NCBI GenBank assembly: GCA_905178155.1
Contig: CAJINV010000007.1
Coordinates: 1,310,627-1,374,626 of the forward strand
Origin: Amoebophrya sp. A120
Lineage: Eukaryota; Protista; Dinoflagellata
Direction of reading: 5' to 3'
DNA length: 64,000 nt
This document shows, in pieces, positions 61,329-64,000 of the stretch (positions are counted from its first letter, which is position 1; every line of letters starts with the position of its first letter). The translations under genes and the position numbers were made by a program. Under the pieces are notes generated by a model. That model made no database searches and was not told the origin of the DNA. It saw nothing but the letters and a program-made list of their open reading frames with translations.

Positions 61329-62922
61329 GTCTTTCACGACTTAATGTTCTCTCCCCTTGCTGGGAATCACTACTACTACTACTACTACTACTACTATACT
61401 GCTGCAAGGCGGTAGAGAAGAAAGTGGGAAGCATGCAAAAACACGAAAAGTGGTGCAAAGGGAAGAAGCATGCCTTCCCACTAGAAGAAGTCGACGATGA
61501 TGTCGACGCTGGAGCGGAATAAATAAAACAAGTAGTTCCCTCTAGTAACCCCGTCAGTTGGGTAAATCATTCACTCATTCATACGAGCTCGCAGTTCGAT
61601 GCTCGGTTTTCTTTTTTCGATTTAAGTAGATACTTCGACTTCTCGGTCTTTTCTCGTTTTCTCGCTGTTTTCGCTTTGTCATTTGTATCTCCCAAAAAAA
61701 AATAGAATTTGCTTATGTACTTCTTCTACGCACAAAGAAGGAGTCAGTCGAGCAATTTTTATCCGAGAGCCGCGAAAATGAAACCCCTTGTTCCGCGATC
61801 GATTTTGACTAGATGTTTTTTCTCGTCCAGTTTTCTTTTCCAAGTATCTTTACTTGATCTTATTTTTTCTCGCTGCTCTTGCATTCGCATTTTACTACAT
61901 GTTTTTTCGTTTTCGCATGACAATTTGAAGCACGTAAATATAAATATTTTTTCACTACACTAAAATTTGAATATGAACTTCTTGTTCTTTTTGGTCCCGT
62001 CCAGTAAATGTTGTTGGCCGTCCAGCTACAGCACGCAAGCCCGCGCACAACAATCTCAAACGATTTCCTATCCCTCTTTCCACTACTTCGAGTCACGCGC
62101 TGTGTCATTTTCTAGAATGAATGTCGCCCTGAAGACAGTTACACTACGAAAACGAGGTTCGGAGTAGTTGTTGGCACTATCATTCATTGTTGTTGTTCTG
62201 CATGAAAACATCAATGATGCTTAGAAAAAAGAAAGACTCTCCTCTGGTGATTTAATGTTCGTCCGGTTCGTGGTTATGGATACGCATACTACACTCTTGT
62301 TAATGAGTACGCAGGTATTTTTCGGGTCGTAAATTCGTTGTCGACGGCGCCACTCGTAAAATAAGTAGGCTCCTCGAGGAGTCCAACTAGTAGCCTCCGA
62401 TCGTTTGGGATCGTGGTCGTGGACGAGTAAAGATATTAAGCCACTGCAAAAATGCTGCTGCTGCATGGAGCAGCACTAGTATGATGTAGAAGAAATGATT
62501 GACAAGTATTTCAAATACTTGTCAATCAGATGAAGTGCAATCCAAAACTTGACTTCTAGTTCACGAAAAATGAGCCTCCTTCGTCTTCACGTCGACACGC
62601 GCATCTGAATAATTATAGTCCGCGGTTTATTTTTTTTCTGTACTTCTTCTTCGTCTTCCATGCCTACTAGTACTACGCGAAGGAAAAAGTAATCGCACGT
62701 CTACTTCAACACTAGCTGATCGTGATCCTTGCGCATCAAGCACCAACTTTGCAAGTTGCCGTGCCGCTCGACAAGTAGTTGATACTGCTTTTATTTTTGA
62801 TTATAATTCTCACGACCAAACAAAAGAGCGTACAACTATCAACACTGGAAGAACGAGTGTTATAAAAAAATATAAAGCAGAACAAGCTTTAACTACAGAT
62901 TTTTGAGCACTGCAGTATCAGT

Positions 62923-64000
62923 ATGGAGGCACAAAAAAAGGAAAGCGTCGCGAGTAGCGGCAGCGGCGGCAGCAGCATCGCCGAGAAGCTACGCAACAAC
63001 ATTCAACGGTTCGACTTCATCACGGACACCGTGGACGTGAGGGCACTGCCGACGAGTGACGTGCACCTGCGCGTAGTGCTGAACTCGGTGATGCCGGCGC
63101 TCGCGCTCGGGCTCGTGCTGTCCGGCGCCGGAAGCTGCACGTGGTTCATCCACCTCGGGCTCGAGACTTGCGGACGGGTCCAGCAGGGTTCTCCGTCGGC
63201 GCCGGAAGGGGACATTGGTGCCCCCGGACCAGGTCCGGGCGCGGTGGACTGGCAAGTCCGCTTGGACTGCACATCTACCTTGCTGTTTGGCATACCGATG
63301 AGCGCAGTGAAGGCCTACAATTTGCTGACGACGACGTTCATGGTTCTGGGCATGTTCTCGGCTTGCCTGTTCGCGGGCGGCCTGAGTGACAGCCGTGGGC
63401 GGCGCGAAACCATGCTGGACTTCGGCGTGTTCGGTGTTTTCGCCCACCTCTTCACGGCCTGCAGCTTCAACTGGCCAATGTTCTTCCTCGGCCGATTTGC
63501 GCAGGGGTTCGCGGTGGTAGGCGCGGCCGGGGTGGCGCCAACCTACATCGCGGAAGTGGTTCCGGCGGAGGAACGCGGGAAGTACGGCACCTGGTTTCAG
63601 ATGATGGTGGTGATTGGCATTCTCGTGTCCACGCTTCTCGCTCTCGTGTTTACCTCGCCACAGGAGGAGTGGACAAATTTGAAAGCCGCCGGACCACTGG
63701 ACTTCGTTGCCAAGAACGACGATGGTGCAGTTGATCCAACTGCCGCGTCGTCCTCATCTCTCTTGCAGTTTTACTTTGGGGGCAGTGCCACTTTTGCCGA
63801 CAACGCTGGTGTCCCGCAAGCCAATGTTGGAACAACTACAGCGAGCACTACGTGCGTGGGCCGCGGCTCCACCACCATCACGCCGGGGTGCCTCGACCCG
63901 TCCTCAAGTTTTGCGCAGAAGAACGGTGGACCACAAAGCCAGCACTTACCGCTGTCTCTCGATGATATCGCGCGTTCCTACTACTTTCAAGCGCACGTGT
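62923..64000 (+). CDS. MFS sugar porter family transporter (runs off the window end)
   Basis: Open frame from ATG 62923, absent from the ORF track; motifs GGLSDSRGRR, GRFAQG, PTYIAEVVPAEERGKYG. Confidence 0.88.
   Translation, partial: MEAQKKESVASSGSGGSSIAEKLRNNIQRFDFITDTVDVRALPTSDVHLRVVLNSVMPALALGLVLSGAGSCTWFIHLGLETCGRVQQGSPSAPEGDIGAPGPGPGAVDWQVRLDCTSTLLFGIPMSAVKAYNLLTTTFMVLGMFSACLFAGGLSDSRGRRETMLDFGVFGVFAHLFTACSFNWPMFFLGRFAQGFAVVGAAGVAPTYIAEVVPAEERGKYGTWFQMMVVIGILVSTLLALVFTSPQEEWTNLKAAGPLDFVAKNDDGAVDPTAASSSSLLQFYFGGSATFADNAGVPQANVGTTTASTTCVGRGSTTITPGCLDPSSSFAQKNGGPQSQHLPLSLDDIARSYYFQAHV

Noticed and set aside
61370-61397. (CTA)n microsatellite, and a 20-bp duplication at 26042-26090
   Set aside because: Ordinary slippage repeats with no sign of function.

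Overview
Eukaryotic, gene-dense window with about 11 protein-coding genes, all on the + strand. The unidirectional cluster and intron style suggest a dinoflagellate-lineage alveolate such as the parasite Amoebophrya (inference). Recognisable products: ARL3, a giant NUFIP1-domain zinc-finger protein, SPF45/RBM17, a PGPG-repeat protein, an MLO-like protein fused to EF-hands, an acylated pseudo-calpain, a coiled-coil GAS2/GAR-like protein, a GT2 glycosyltransferase and an MFS sugar porter. The dominant hidden structure is about 40 non-autonomous terminal-inverted-repeat (TIR) elements from roughly 8 families, all inside coding exons. They end TAT...ATA and are flanked by 5-bp target-site duplications (TSDs). 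Removing an element plus one TSD copy restores the frame and conserved motifs, mostly without GT-AG and in either orientation. The window therefore shows an introner / non-canonical intron system, including aged copies that appear to be turning into ordinary GT-AG introns. All gene models are reconstructed by hand from DNA; there is no transcript evidence.
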